A stretch of DNA of 64,000 bases from Octopus vulgaris (taxonomy: Eukaryota). Under the pieces are notes generated by a model. That model did no database searches. It saw only the letters and a list, made by a program, of their open reading frames with translations, and had not been told where the DNA came from. The position numbers and the translations under genes were made by a program. Below are positions 26,261 through 39,208 of this stretch, in pieces; the stretch's first letter is position 1; each line of letters starts with the position of its first letter. The stretch spans positions 41,168,001-41,232,000 of the forward strand of contig OX597830.1 of assembly GCA_951406725.2 (NCBI GenBank), in the 5' to 3' direction.

Positions 26261-27732
26261 GTGTGCATATATATGGATGTATGTAACTCAAAGGTATAGG
26301 TTAGTATTATGGTTACTATGGTGATAGTGTGTATGTTTATGTGCATTAAGGTCACAAGTCAGGGAGAAGTAGGGAAACCACTGATAAAAAACAAAACAAA
26401 AAAGGCTGTTTGGGAAATGCATAGAAAAGAAGTATTGTGCTTGTATCTAAATTTAAGTGGCTACTTGGACATGTCATTTCATGGACTGTGCATTTTGAAG
26501 TAGTTAGCCGTATCATATGTCTAAATGATTTTTTAAAACTTTAAGCTGTTTCTTTATCATCTTATCCATTACTTTCCTACCAATTGGTAATGGATTTGCT
26601 AATCTCATGTTGTTGTTTTTTGTTTTGTTTTTATTTTTTGTTTTTACATCGTTTATGAAACCCTATAAGTTACATTGCATTAAGTCCAAGGTAGCCCTAC
26701 AAATCCAGTTTCATGATAGCGTTTATTGCAGCGATCTTCCAGTGGCATCTGAATTGCAAGGAAAAAGAGGAGTTATCTTCAGTTCTTTGAGAAATCTCTT
26801 TTTTCACTCTATAAGTAATCTAATGGTAGAAAGAGAAAGAGAGAGAGAGGGGGGGAGCGAGAGAATGTTTGTGAAAGAAACCTTGAGTAATGTAGAAGGT
26901 GTGAATTTTTAAAATATGATGTATTGTAGCTGTGTAATTAAATTGCTAGGATTACTCATCCTGATTTCAAACTTAAGCATAGCTCATGAGAAAGTCACAT
27001 GACCCAATTTGTTTCTTTCTCCATATTTGGCAACTAGATACTAATTCTATTTGAAAATGAACTAATATTGATATTGTAACTTAAAAAATAAATATCCCTA
27101 GAAAATAACACACACTTCTCCCTAAGTTTGATCACAAAAACTGGTAAGATTTGCCTAGCAAAATCAAATTTTGAATTAGTTTAATATTTTTGTAAACACC
27201 CACAGATCCACCTGTAGAATTCCTAACTTCAGTTTCTTTTCATTTTACCATTTTGTATGGTTCTTAATCTTGCAATTGCTTACATTTGATAATACTTTAC
27301 CTGAAATTCCAAAATTAAATTTTTTTTTTTTTTTTTTCTGAGTGAAAGAGAAGCACTAGAAAGGAAAGATTTCTGCGAATGCTTGGAGAGATTTTAAAAA
27401 GTGATTGGTAGTTGTAGGTGAGCATAAAATAAAAATGATTTATGTCTGTTTTATGTGGCTGGCAAGCTGAAGTTCTGAATGGATTATAATTTGGTTTGTT
27501 GAAAAGTGAGACATTGCCAAAGTGAAACTGCTGCATGTTGTGCAAAAGTAGGCCAGCACCAAGTTTATATAAACTACCTTAACCGTACAAGTAGTAATCA
27601 TTATCATCATTCTTTCTCCATGCTGGCATGGGTGGGACAGTTCAGCAGAAACCCACAAAACCATGCCAAGCGCTAATGTCTGCTTTGGTATGGTTTCTAC
27701 ATCAGGATACCTTTCCTAACAGTAACCACTTT

Positions 27733-28037
27733 TTTTGTTTGTTTGTTCCTTCTCGAGCCATGCCTGGCTCATAAGGGCCGGTTTCCTGGTTTCTTGGCAT
27801 ATATGTTCTCCACCTGGACGGGACGCCGGTCCGTTGCAGGTGAGCTGCAAGATGCAGGAGAAAAGAGTGAGAGAAAGTTGTGGTGAAAGAGTCAGCAGAA
27901 GTTCGCCATTACCTTCTGCCGGTGTTTTCTTAGGTGTCTTCGCTCATAAACACACACATTGCTTGGTCTGAGATTCGAACCCGCGATCCCTCGACCGCAA
28001 GTCCGCTGCTTTAACCACTAGGCCATGTGCCTCCACA
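27733..28037 (-). mobile_element. Young tRNA-derived SINE family D, nested in a family E element
   Basis: CpG-rich; head tggcctagtggttaaagc...gggttcgaatc; (AAAC)n tail; cacttt duplicated at 27727-27732 and 28036-28041; the host element continues on both sides. Confidence 0.85.
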
Positions 28038-28520
28038 CTTTACAGAATGGACTGCGTACTTTTTTTCATGGCACCAGCACTGGTGAAGTCACCAAGTGCT
28101 GAAGACATGACCCCTCCCCCTCATCTGAGTGAGGTATAATATTAAGAGTATGTGAAAGTATGGTAGAGGGACAGGAGCAAGTGTTTTGCAGGAGAGGTGA
28201 ACACATTGCTTCCCCATGTAAATGAGTAATGTCTTTTAAATTGGATCTCATGCCAAGTTGTTCCATTTCATCTACAACTATACAATTATTTCAGAATAAA
28301 TAAAAAAAAAAAACTCTTAAATCAAACTTTTCCAATCCCAAGAGTTCTGGATAAAGGATTATCCATTATACAGTAATTTAAATTAAGTGGATGACAGACA
28401 CATGTCACTCTGGGTAACACGTCAGGCTATTTGCAAGTGATGTTTCCTTCACTGTGAGAATGGTGTCTATTTTTCAATTAAGATATCTGAGACAAGGTAG
28501 AATAAATATTTTGGACAGCA

Positions 28521-28722
28521 GAAGGCAGCAAGCTGGCAGATTTATCAGTTTAGTGGCATTTCACTTGTCTTCATATTTGGAGTTCAAATTCTGCCAAGGT
28601 TAACTTGGCCTTTTATCCTTTTGGAGTTGATAAAACAACTAACTGTTGAACATTGGGGTTGATGTAATCAACTTTGCCCCTCCCCCCAAAAATTGTTGGC
28701 CTTTCGCCAAAATTTGAAATCA
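28521..28722 (+). mobile_element. SINE family B
   Basis: Match to the B consensus. Confidence 0.8.
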
Positions 28723-29049
28723 ATATATTGTAGAGCAATGCAGTGAAACTGTTTCTTCATTGGATATAGACTCTTCATTCATGAAATGTAAAAGGATGTT
28801 TATCCTATGGCAATTTATTCTGTGTAATGTAATTTTATTTTCATTTTACTATTTTAGAGACAGGGGAGTTATGAATGTTCATGCATTTCCCAGATACATT
28901 ATCACCACAAATGAAGTGAAACAAATTAATGCTGGTGACTATCTTCATCTGCCTGAGTTCACTTCAACTACGCATGCTCCAGTATTCAGTACTGTATAGT
29001 TTCGGTACCAAAGAAAGAAATATAATAAGTCTATTGAATTTTACTCGTT

Positions 29050-29520
29050 GGTTCCTTCTTTGAATCATCAAGTTGACAATCAAACATTGGTGACTTCCTT
29101 GACAAACAACAGATACTTGTTGTGGGATTTTTGCAGGGAAAATCCAAAGATGGTTTGTCATTGTTTAGTTTTAACCAACTCAAGACACTTAGTGAAACCA
29201 TTGTGGAATGAAGATTAAAAGTAGCACGTTACGTATCTGGTTAGTAAAACAGCACCATTTCTAAAACAGCTTTCGATTTAAGTGGAAAAGAGATACATTT
29301 CACTCTAGGTAAAATGACAGTCTATTGCAGGCGTTTTTCCCAAGAGTGGTGTCTATTGTCCAATTAAGGCAAAAAACAAAAGAGAGGAAGACCGAAAACT
29401 AGATAGTGCAGAACATCCATGAGCAAGACAAGAGAAGCCAGTATGGTCAGATGTGGAGAAAATCTCAGCCAACAGATACCAGTAGCATGAACGTGCTGCT
29501 CAATGTGCATAAGAGCACAG
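29050..29520 (+). mobile_element. RTE-clade LINE 3' fragment (decayed)
   Basis: Translated pieces LKTLSETIVE*RLKVARYV, KQKRGRPKTR*CRT and WSDVEKISANRYQ*HERAAQCA resemble the RTE ORF C-terminus (KRxRGRPxxxW). Confidence 0.65.
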
Positions 29521-30519
29521 GTGGTGGTGGTGTGGATTAATATTGATCTTGTTGGCTGTAACCAATTCTTGATAGAGCAAGGGAAAAGCCTTAATGGAGC
29601 ATGGTGCAGCTCTCTGGCTTGCTAGCTCCCTTCACAGACATTAAATGATGATTATAATGGAAAAGAAATAAAGAGATGAATCAGCCTCAGTACTTGATTG
29701 GTACTTTATCAATTGTGAAAGGATGAATGGTAAAGTTGATCACTTGCAGGATTTGAACTCAGAATGTGGAAAACTAGAACAAATACTGCAATACATTCTA
29801 ACTCGCACTTGAACAACTCTGCAAAATTTCCACCTTCCTATTATGTTACTGGCAGTTCTGTTTTATTTTATTAACTCTAAATAAAAACTGAAGTCTATGT
29901 CTTAGTGTGATTTTCACTTAAAATCTAATACAAGGACAAGACTTGTAAAGCAATCAGTTTAATGCTGTACCGTATTACCTTGTAATCGAGTCGTGTTGTT
30001 GCATCAAGTTATAAACTAACTATAGCAGCTTTCAAGTTTGTGCCTAAAACGAAATTTCAAAATGTTTCATTTATTTCTTACATTCACATATAAATTATCT
30101 TTCTTGCAACTTTCAAATCTACTCCAATTCCCAGGTGATGCATAAATATTAGATTAGATTTCTTTAATATTTAATTACATTTGAAACAATAACTTGGCTT
30201 TTTCTTTTCATGTTTTTGATGAGATTTCACCAACAGTTTACCATAGGTGACTAATTCTTACAAATTATATATATCTTTCTCTTTCAAACATTTTTGTTTT
30301 TCATTTATATATATATATATATATTCTTTGTGGCATCCCACTTTATTATTTTCCTACTTTAATTTATTTCTTCCACTCTTGCTACAAGTAGGTTGGAACA
30401 GTTGGTGTCTCTCAATTGCAAGGTGTCCATATTCAGACACCAAAGAGAAAAAAAGAAAAAAAAAAGAAAAAAATGAACATTGTTATTGCACAAAGGTTAA
30501 CTGCAGTTAAGTGGCAAAG

Positions 30520-30762
30520 CATCTTCATTCTTTTGACTCCATATGCAACATAGGGTGCCACCGAAAAATTTCCATCTATCTTGATCTTTGGCAATGGACT
30601 GAAGTTGTCCCTATGTGTAGCCATCTTCCAGTGATTCAAGTTCTGTGTACCTTCTCCATGTTTTTGGTTTGCCATACTAGCATCTCCTTTGGGGTGTCCA
30701 TCAGAGGGCTTGTCTTGTAATATTGGAAACAGTTTTCTATAGTGTATGTCTCAGCCAACCCC
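30520..30762 (-). mobile_element. RTE-clade LINE 3' fragment (decayed)
   Basis: Minus translation GWLRHTL*KTVSNITRQAL*WTPQRRC*YGKPKTWRR corresponds to the WIGHTLRK..ITRQALxWxP.G.R.RGRP..TWRR motif. Confidence 0.75.
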
Positions 30763-30889
30763 TTTTTCTTCTCTTGATCTAGCTGTTGATAAGGTTGCTG
30801 GGTGGCAGGGATTGATGAAACATTATTTACTAGGGTTTAGTATTAGTGAATCCAAAGTCTTCACTAAATGCAAATAACACTAGTAATAG

Positions 30890-31322
30890 TTTCTGAATTA
30901 GGTATAATACCAGAAATTTATTAGATGGGAAAATGGTCAGTTATATTAATCACAGGAGATGGTTGGTGCTTTATTTTTTTTAACCTTAGAAGGACGAAAG
31001 GCAAAGTTGACCTCAGACTGTAAGAAGCAAAGAATAAATGCTGCATGACATTTCTCCAGGCTCTAATGATTCTGACTATCCAATTCCATTGACCAGTGCT
31101 AATAATTCTTTCTAGTTTTGGCAGAAGGCAATTTTGAAGTGAGGGCGCATGATGATTACATCGACCCCAGTACTTGACTGGTATCTATTTTATCAACCCC
31201 TGAAAGGATGACAGGCAAAGTCAACCTCAGCAACATTTGAACTTAAAATGTAAAGAGCTAGAAAAGAAAAAAATGCTGTTAAGCATTTTTGCTCAGCACA
31301 GTAATGATTCTACCAGCTTACA
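30890..31322 (-). mobile_element. Two tandem SINE family B copies
   Basis: Two gaaagg..gaaaggcaaagt cores in the same orientation. Confidence 0.7.
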
Positions 31323-31357
31323 ATCTTAGTATCATAAAATGTCTATGTGTATGTTAA

Positions 31358-31640
31358 AGTGTGGCCTAGTGGTTAAGGTGTTGCTCTCATGATTGCAAGA
31401 TTGCGGTTCTAATTCTTCGACCGGATGGTGCATTGTATACTTTAGCCAAACACTGGATCTTGTGTTGTTTTGCAATCACTTCAACACCTGACATGTGGCA
31501 CACCATACACCTGTTTGGGCAACATTGATTTGATGGAGTGAGTGGGCTCATTGGGTGGCACATACATTTGATCACTATAAACAAATCATTGGTGCAGGTC
31601 ATTCAACAAAAACTGAACATTCATAATATTGTCTTTGACC
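31358..31640 (+). mobile_element. tRNA-derived SINE (C-type head, different body)
   Basis: tggcctagtggttaagg...gcggttctaatt..gaccgg...cattgt. Confidence 0.6.
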
Positions 31641-31653
31641 AGCAATTCCTATC

Positions 31654-31704
<51 letters not shown>

Positions 31705-31883
31705 GGTATTGACAATTTGATGTCAACGTTTAGCATATAGGGTGTCCACTTTAGTGGTCATTTCTCTAAATTTTGTATGTAATTTTTAATCTTCGGATTT
31801 TTTAAATATGTTAAGCCACTGATTTTAATTGATTAATATCAATTTTTACCCTTATTATTTAATTATTTAATTACACACACACA

Positions 31884-31997
<114 letters not shown>

Positions 31998-32220
31998 TAA
32001 AAGTGCCATTTTTCTGACTGTGGAATGTAGGCGTGGCAAAGGGCAGCATGGGAAGAAGTGGTGGGATCAGATGAGGTGTTGTGGCTTACAGATAAGTTGA
32101 TTCAGGGTCAAGAAGAAAGGTGATTTATTGTATGATTTGCCGCACTGCAGACTCAACCAGTCAAACCAGCATGAAAAATGAGATATTAAAAAAAAATTGT
32201 GATGATGATAATGGTGTGTG

Positions 32221-32271
<51 letters not shown>

Positions 32272-32969
32272 CATATAATCACTATCTCTCTGGTGTTTTT
32301 AGCTTTGCCCTTCCCAAACTGTACCTCTCATTCTTGTACATTATATGTTTTTATGTTTTAACACAATTCGCTCTCTATCGCTATCTTTTCCCCTTTCTTT
32401 GTCTTTGTGTCTCTTTCTCTGTTTGTCTCTCACTTTTTTAGGCATACATTCCCTTATGCACATGTGTATGCACACCTGCTGAAAGTAGTATGTACCTATA
32501 ATGCCACACCTGTTTCTAATCTTCAGAAAAGCCAACACTGGCCACACTAGATAATTTTAATCTCATCCTCCTTAGAACAAGCCCAATATATTCCTTAATA
32601 CTTTCTCTTCTCTTCTCTCTCTCTCTCTCCCCCCCTCCCCCATACCCTTATTTACGGAAAAAAACTTCAGATCAGATATTCAAATTGAGAATGCTGAAAA
32701 CATGAGTTCCACTGGGCCAGATATATCACAAAGCTCATCACCAGCAGATGAACCCATGCAGTTATCAAGTGATGTCCAAGATATCAGAAGAGTCCATTCA
32801 GAAGAATTCTAAGATGATGGGAAGATGAAATGGTTAACAAACAAGGGCTTAAGTAGAAGAGGAGGGTGCAATTAAGGGAAGAATGGAAATACACTGTAAT
32901 TAGCAGTGTATAAAATAAGTAATAGTCTGGTCAATGGAATGATATATATATATATATATATAAATAAAT

Positions 32970-33352
32970 ACTTTTACTTGTGTCAGTCATGTGATTCTGG
33001 CCATACTGGAGCACCACTTTTTACTTGAACAAATCAACCTCAGGCCTTTCTTTTTAAGTCTGATATTTATTTTATTGGTTCCTCTGCCAAACTGCTAAGT
33101 TATGGGGACATAAACACACCAACACCAGTTTTTAAGCAGTGATAGGTTGGAGGGAGAAACAATGACACCACACATAGGTGTACACGCACAAACACATATG
33201 TATGATGGGCTTCCTTCAGTTTCCATCTACCAAGTCCTCTCACAAGGCTTTGGTCGGCCTGAGGCTATAGTAAAAGACATTTGCTCAAGGTGCTGTGCAA
33301 TGGGACTGAACCCAGAACTATGAGGTTGGGAAGCAAGCATCCTACCACACAG

Positions 33353-33355
<3 letters not shown>
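32970..33355 (-). mobile_element. SINE family A
   Basis: Reverse-complement match to the family A consensus. Confidence 0.8.
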
Positions 33356-33398
<43 letters not shown>

Positions 33399-34315
33399 GT
33401 ACACACACATACTTTCTTATAAACAAACATGCTACACAACTTATGCATCCATATACACGAAAGCACATATATACACACCGTTATATATTAGTTGTTGCCA
33501 ACAAATGATAAACATACACAAACTGAGGAATATGCTTACACATTAAGCTGGACATACTACAAAAAAAAAGACTTACAATACAAATACACTCTTACACTTT
33601 AAACCCAACTTCTTCTTCACGTTAACACCTCCTCCTTCTTCTCTCATTGTCATTGCTCTCCTCTTCCACCTCTTGCCTCATGCTGGAAACCTCGGGTCTT
33701 TTGTCAGTGGAGTTGTGAATGTTAGTGTGAGTGACATCGAACCCACTGTCATGATGCGATTGCAAAGATTTGGAATTGATGTCACTTAATTCGAAAAACT
33801 GAGCACAGACACATGTATCTCTTTAATCTATATCTATCTATTGATAGTTAGAAAGATAGATATAGACAGATATAGAAATGTACTCACACATGTGCGTGTA
33901 CGTGTGTACATACATACATACACAGACATGTGTGCCTCTGTACATTGCATATAGTCACGCGTGTGTGTGTGTGTGTGTGTGTGTGTGTCTGTATATGCAT
34001 ACACTATTTTTAATCAGAAATGCTAATTCTTTAATCTAATTTTAAGAAATCATTGTTGAGACTATTTATCATCTTGTTAAGTCTTGTAGTTATTCAATGA
34101 GAATAAATTGGTTCCTCTACACCCCACACTCTGCCCCCTTTCTTCTTCTCCACCACCACCCACCCACCCACCTTGCCACTTTTCTTGCCATTCTAACTCT
34201 ATATTGAGGAAACATCCAAGATAACTACATAGCAGCAGCAGCGCCTCTCTTAATTAGATTGTCATCCTTATATCAATCAAAATAACATTTCTGATGAAAT
34301 CATAAAAATTGATCC

Positions 34316-34399
<84 letters not shown>

Positions 34400-34562
34400 G
34401 TTTCCTCTGAAGAAATCTCTTTCTGTCTGTTTCTTCTCTCTTCTCCCTCATGTCTTACTGGTTTTCTCTTTTTCTCACTTCCTCTCCCTCTCCCTCTCTA
34501 AACCCACAAACTGTTCTCCGGTTATTGGATTTCGAGAATATCTATATCCATCTATCTGTCTT

Positions 34563-34653
34563 TTATATATATATATACACACACACACATATATACATAT
34601 ATACATATATATATATGCACACACACACACACACACATATACATATATACATG

Positions 34654-34709
<56 letters not shown>

Positions 34710-34717
34710 TTCATATG

Positions 34718-34755
<38 letters not shown>

Positions 34756-34814
34756 TTCATATATATACATATATATACATATATATATATATGCATACAT
34801 ATATATATACATGC

Positions 34815-34848
<34 letters not shown>

Positions 34849-34864
34849 TTATATTCATATATAT

Positions 34865-34924
<60 letters not shown>

Positions 34925-34962
34925 GCATATATATATACATATATATCCACATACATATATAT
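34563..34962. repeat. Compound (TA)n/(CA)n tract
   Basis: Direct reading. Confidence 0.95.
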
Positions 34963-35606
34963 TTAAAGATAGTGGGAGAAATGGAGAGATGCTCGTGCAC
35001 ATGTGTGTATACGCATATTATGCATTCACAAACACACCTACACATATGCATGCACTCCCACCAAAGTTGTACATAACAACATATTACCTAGCAAGACTTT
35101 AGCAGGTCATTGCTTCACATCACTGGTTGTAACTCTGCTCTGCTTAGAATTGATTGATTGTTCTGCTATATTTGGCACTCTCACAGCTTACTCACCTTGT
35201 TCTTTTAACAGCTGTTCTTAATTTTGTAGTTTATTCACCATAAAATCCCAATATAACCAGTCATTTCAAGGCTTATACCATTAAATGCTAAACAAGTGTT
35301 GTTCCTACACTTAACTGTTCATGTGAATTTTCCTTCTTATCTTAATATCAAACTGATGCGCTCTCTCCCTCTTTCTCTCTTTCCCCCTCTCTCTCTCTCT
35401 CTCTCTCTCATGTTCCCTATAGCAACTATCCAAAATTCAACTGTTACTAATATTTCATTGGTAATTTTTGCCAGATTGTTGAAATTGTTGTTGTTGTTAG
35501 TGGTGGTAGTGGTTGTGTTTAGCTCTTGGTCAGCCTTGATTCAGTAGGTGTATAAATGAAGACAGTTAAGTTCTGATCATCCTCTATTTTATTTTTTTAG
35601 TGTGTA

Positions 35607-35688
<82 letters not shown>

Positions 35689-36099
35689 TACATGTACATA
35701 TATTTCATCATGTTGAACCTTTAATCTCTACACATTTTTTTCTCTCTCCGTTTTTTCCATTCTCCCTCTCTGTTTTTTTCCTCTTAATCCTTTCTGTTGA
35801 AGAGCATAGGCTTGAAACATGGAAGACTTACCATTCTTCCCAAGTGTTAAATTAATACACCTGTTTGTTGTTCCTACCCCTGTCTTCTTAGTTTTCAGTA
35901 AATTTGAACTATATATATGTAATTCTTTCCCAAATAAATTGCACTTCATATTTGAGGTTCTGATGAAGCTATTCAGCCACTCAACTATGAATCCACTGCA
36001 CCTCATTGTAGAAACAGCTGCAAGCTAATGAAGTACATAGAATAATCATTTATTCCTTTATCATCTCTCTTTTATATATATATTCTTTTCTTTTCTTTT

Positions 36100-36300
36100 T
36101 TTTTACTTGTTTCAGTCAGTAGACTGCAGTTATGCTGGAGCACCACCTGTAGTTAAACAAATCAACCACAGGACTTATTCCTTGTAAGCCTAGGACTTAT
36201 TCTATTGGCTTTTTCTTCCCGAATCGCTACATTACAGAGATGTAAACACACCAACATCGGTTGTCAGGCGATGGTGGGTGAACAAACTCAGACACACACA
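36100..36300 (-). mobile_element. SINE family A 3' half
   Basis: ttttacttgtttcagtca...ggacttattc..gtaagcctag...taaacacaccaacatcggttgtca. Confidence 0.8.
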
Positions 36301-36900
36301 AATGTGTATATGCCAGAGAAACCAGAAAAATGACCCTGTGCTCCTTACAGAATGTTGTGAACTAACCAACACCTTATAAGTGTGATTTCTGGTCATAGTC
36401 AATAGTTTGTGGTGGAGACAGATGCACTCCCTCCCATCTTCAGGATGACTTAACCTGAGGATGTATCATATGAAGACAAAGCATTCATAAGTCATCTGTT
36501 GACGTATCAAAAAGTTACAAGATATTGTCCGTCAACTGATATATTGTGGACCAAGTCAGCTCTTTCTCCAGGCTATAAATTACTGTTGTTACTTAGATCT
36601 CAGATGATCCTGATTGAGTAAACTTATGAGCAATAGTATTCCAATATGACCACATTGACCATTGTGTTCTGCTTTTTACTTAACATAGTATGCTGTGTTC
36701 TGAGAGCAATTTCTTGTGATTATTAGCAGGTGAAGCAGCTATGTAAATAAGGACTCTCTTGTAGTATTGATTGCACTTAAATCTACTTGTTTAACATATA
36801 ACAAGAAATAGTTCAACTAAGAATCTGTACCAAGATCATTGACTTAACTTGCCAAGAGCTTCCTCTCTTCTTGTTTCTCTCTTTCTCTCTCTCTCCCCCT

Positions 36901-36933
<33 letters not shown>

Positions 36934-37703
36934 TTCACATGCACACACATGTGTGTGTGTGTCTATTTACACGTGCGCACATGTACACCTTGCTGCTTGT
37001 GAATTAATTTACATAAATCGAATATCACTAAATGCAATTAGTAAAAGAATTTAATTAAATTTTCATTTAATTTTTTTCTCTCTTCCTTCCCAAATTTCCA
37101 AACCTCCATGTAATTAAAGATAATCACAAACGGTGAGGTGTAATAAAGTTAGAACTTAGCTAGAGTTACTGTCATGTTAGCAAAGACAAATTATGTAATA
37201 AGATCTCATTTTTTGTCATGCATAAATTTTTGAGAAAAAAACTAAAACCATCTTCTCCACTTGAAGCAATGTAGAATAAAGTGGGTTTTTTTTCCTGCTC
37301 CAGCAGACTTGGGAGCAGTGCCTTTAGTTAGATTTGAACACATAACGTATTGAATTATAGAATGATACCTTCAAAGAAGCTATTCAAATGTCCAAAATCA
37401 TAATTTCTATACTTATTGTTTGTAGTATGTATAGACTATAGAAGTCTGTATAGCCCAGCGTTGTTCTACAATTGTGTAGATGAAGCAAATAAGTGATTGT
37501 ACCAAGAATTGATAGAAATACATTAATGAGTTCTTAAGTTCATTGTTTAAGCATTGAAGTTGAGGACATAAGGACCTGAATTTAGTGCAGTTTCTGACAC
37601 TGATTCTTTGACCAAAGTTGACATAACAGAAATGAATTGCTTTGAAATTGAAGAATATAATAAAAGGAAATCAACCCAATGAACTTCTTCAGTCTGTAAG
37701 CAA

Positions 37704-37845
37704 TGGTCAGTTGAGGCTGTTGGCATCTGTCAATTACAATGTCTTCTTTAAACACTGGTCACTTGAGGTTGTTAGTATCTGTCAATTGTAGTGCTGCCTA
37801 TAAACACTGGTCACTTGAAGTTGTGGACATCTACCAAGTGTGGTG
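37704..37845. repeat. Diverged 52-bp tandem repeat, about 2.7 copies
   Basis: tggtca(g/c)ttga(g/a)g..gtt...atct units start at 37704, 37756 and 37808. Confidence 0.8.
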
Positions 37846-38344
37846 GCTTTATATTTTGTTGTTGCTTTTCTTTTTTAGTGTGTGAGGCTGGCAGAGCCAT
37901 CATAGAAACGCTAGAAAGAGAATTTATAGACCTTATGCCAGAAATCTGATACAAAGGGATCCAGCAACCCAGTCTTTGTTGCAACTGTCTTTTTTTATTG
38001 TCTTTCTTTGGTAGTTTCTCATCCAAGAAAAACAAAAAGAAAAAAGGGAAAAAAAAAGCAGCCATAATGGGAAAGCTTTGGCATAGAGACAGTCCTCAGC
38101 CTTGGAGGTCAGGGTCCACTAGCATGGAGATTGCTATGAATGATGATCTCTCTGGCTGCAGAAGTTGCCAGCCAATAGATTAGTAAAGTCTTCTTCTCTG
38201 ACCACCTTAAGAACTCTGGCTTTGGATTTCTTTTCTGGGCTAACTCCTCTCCCATGGCTTGGTGTAACCTCAAAGTAGTGAAGGTTTTGAGCCAGAGTTT
38301 TCTTTCTCCAAGTGTATGTATATGTTGTAACTGTACTACTATTA

Positions 38345-38436
<92 letters not shown>

Positions 38437-38446
38437 TTCTAAAATT

Positions 38447-39080
38447 AAGGCAGTGAACTAGCAGAATCATTGGCATTCCGGTCAAAATGCTTAGTGGCAT
38501 TTTGTCCATCTTTACATTCTGAGTTCAAATTCCACTGAAGTCCAATGTGGCTTTCATTCTTTCAAGGTTGATAAAATCAATGCCGTTTGAGCATTGGGAT
38601 CAATGAAGTCAACTTCACCCACCCCTGCATGTGCCACGAAATTGTTGCCCTTGTCCCAAAATTTGAAGCCAATAACCATTTCTAAAATAGGTACAACCCA
38701 GAAATTCCAATTAAAGTCAATTAAATTGGTCCTAGTTCTTCACTGGTACTTAACTTTTATTAACCTTGAAAGAATGAAAGACAAAGTTAGCCTCAGCAGG
38801 ATTTGAACTCTGAATGTGAAGAGTCAAAACAAATATCACAAAGCATTCTCTTCAATATCCAAATGAGTTTGCCAATCTACTGCCATAATAATAATGTTTA
38901 AAATTTGGGTACAAAGTTAGCTTTTTGAGGGAAGGGGAAAAGGGTGTTAAAATCAGTTATATCAACTCCCAGTACTTGACTGGTACTTTATTTTATTGAC
39001 CTCAGAGGGATGAAAGGCTAAGTTGACCTCTTCAGGGTTTGAACTGAGAATGTAAAGAACCATAACTAAATAATATCACA
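38447..39080. mobile_element. Three SINE family B copies (+ 38447-38670, - 38680-38885, - 38900-39080) between two (AAT)n tracts
   Basis: B-consensus cores in the stated orientations. Confidence 0.75.
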
Positions 39081-39177
39081 AGCCATGTTTGATTTTAATG
39101 ATGCTGCCCCCATCCACTGCCCTCATAGACTAATAATAATAATAATGATAATAATAATGATGATAATAATAATGATG

Positions 39178-39208
<31 letters not shown>

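Noticed and set aside
25697-26355. Overlapping YI/HT/CV-rich ORFs (also at 34450-35102, 52934-53411, 56255-56654, 58955-59489)
   Set aside because: Translations of dinucleotide and tetranucleotide microsatellites
27960-28037. tRNA-like sequence on the minus strand (also 22143-22215 and 58065-58138)
   Set aside because: A and B boxes are present but there is no acceptor stem, and each continues into a SINE body with a tail
28858-28914. RQGSYECSC EGF-like motif in an alternative frame
   Set aside because: Stop codon after 18 codons and no other EGF cysteines or donor site
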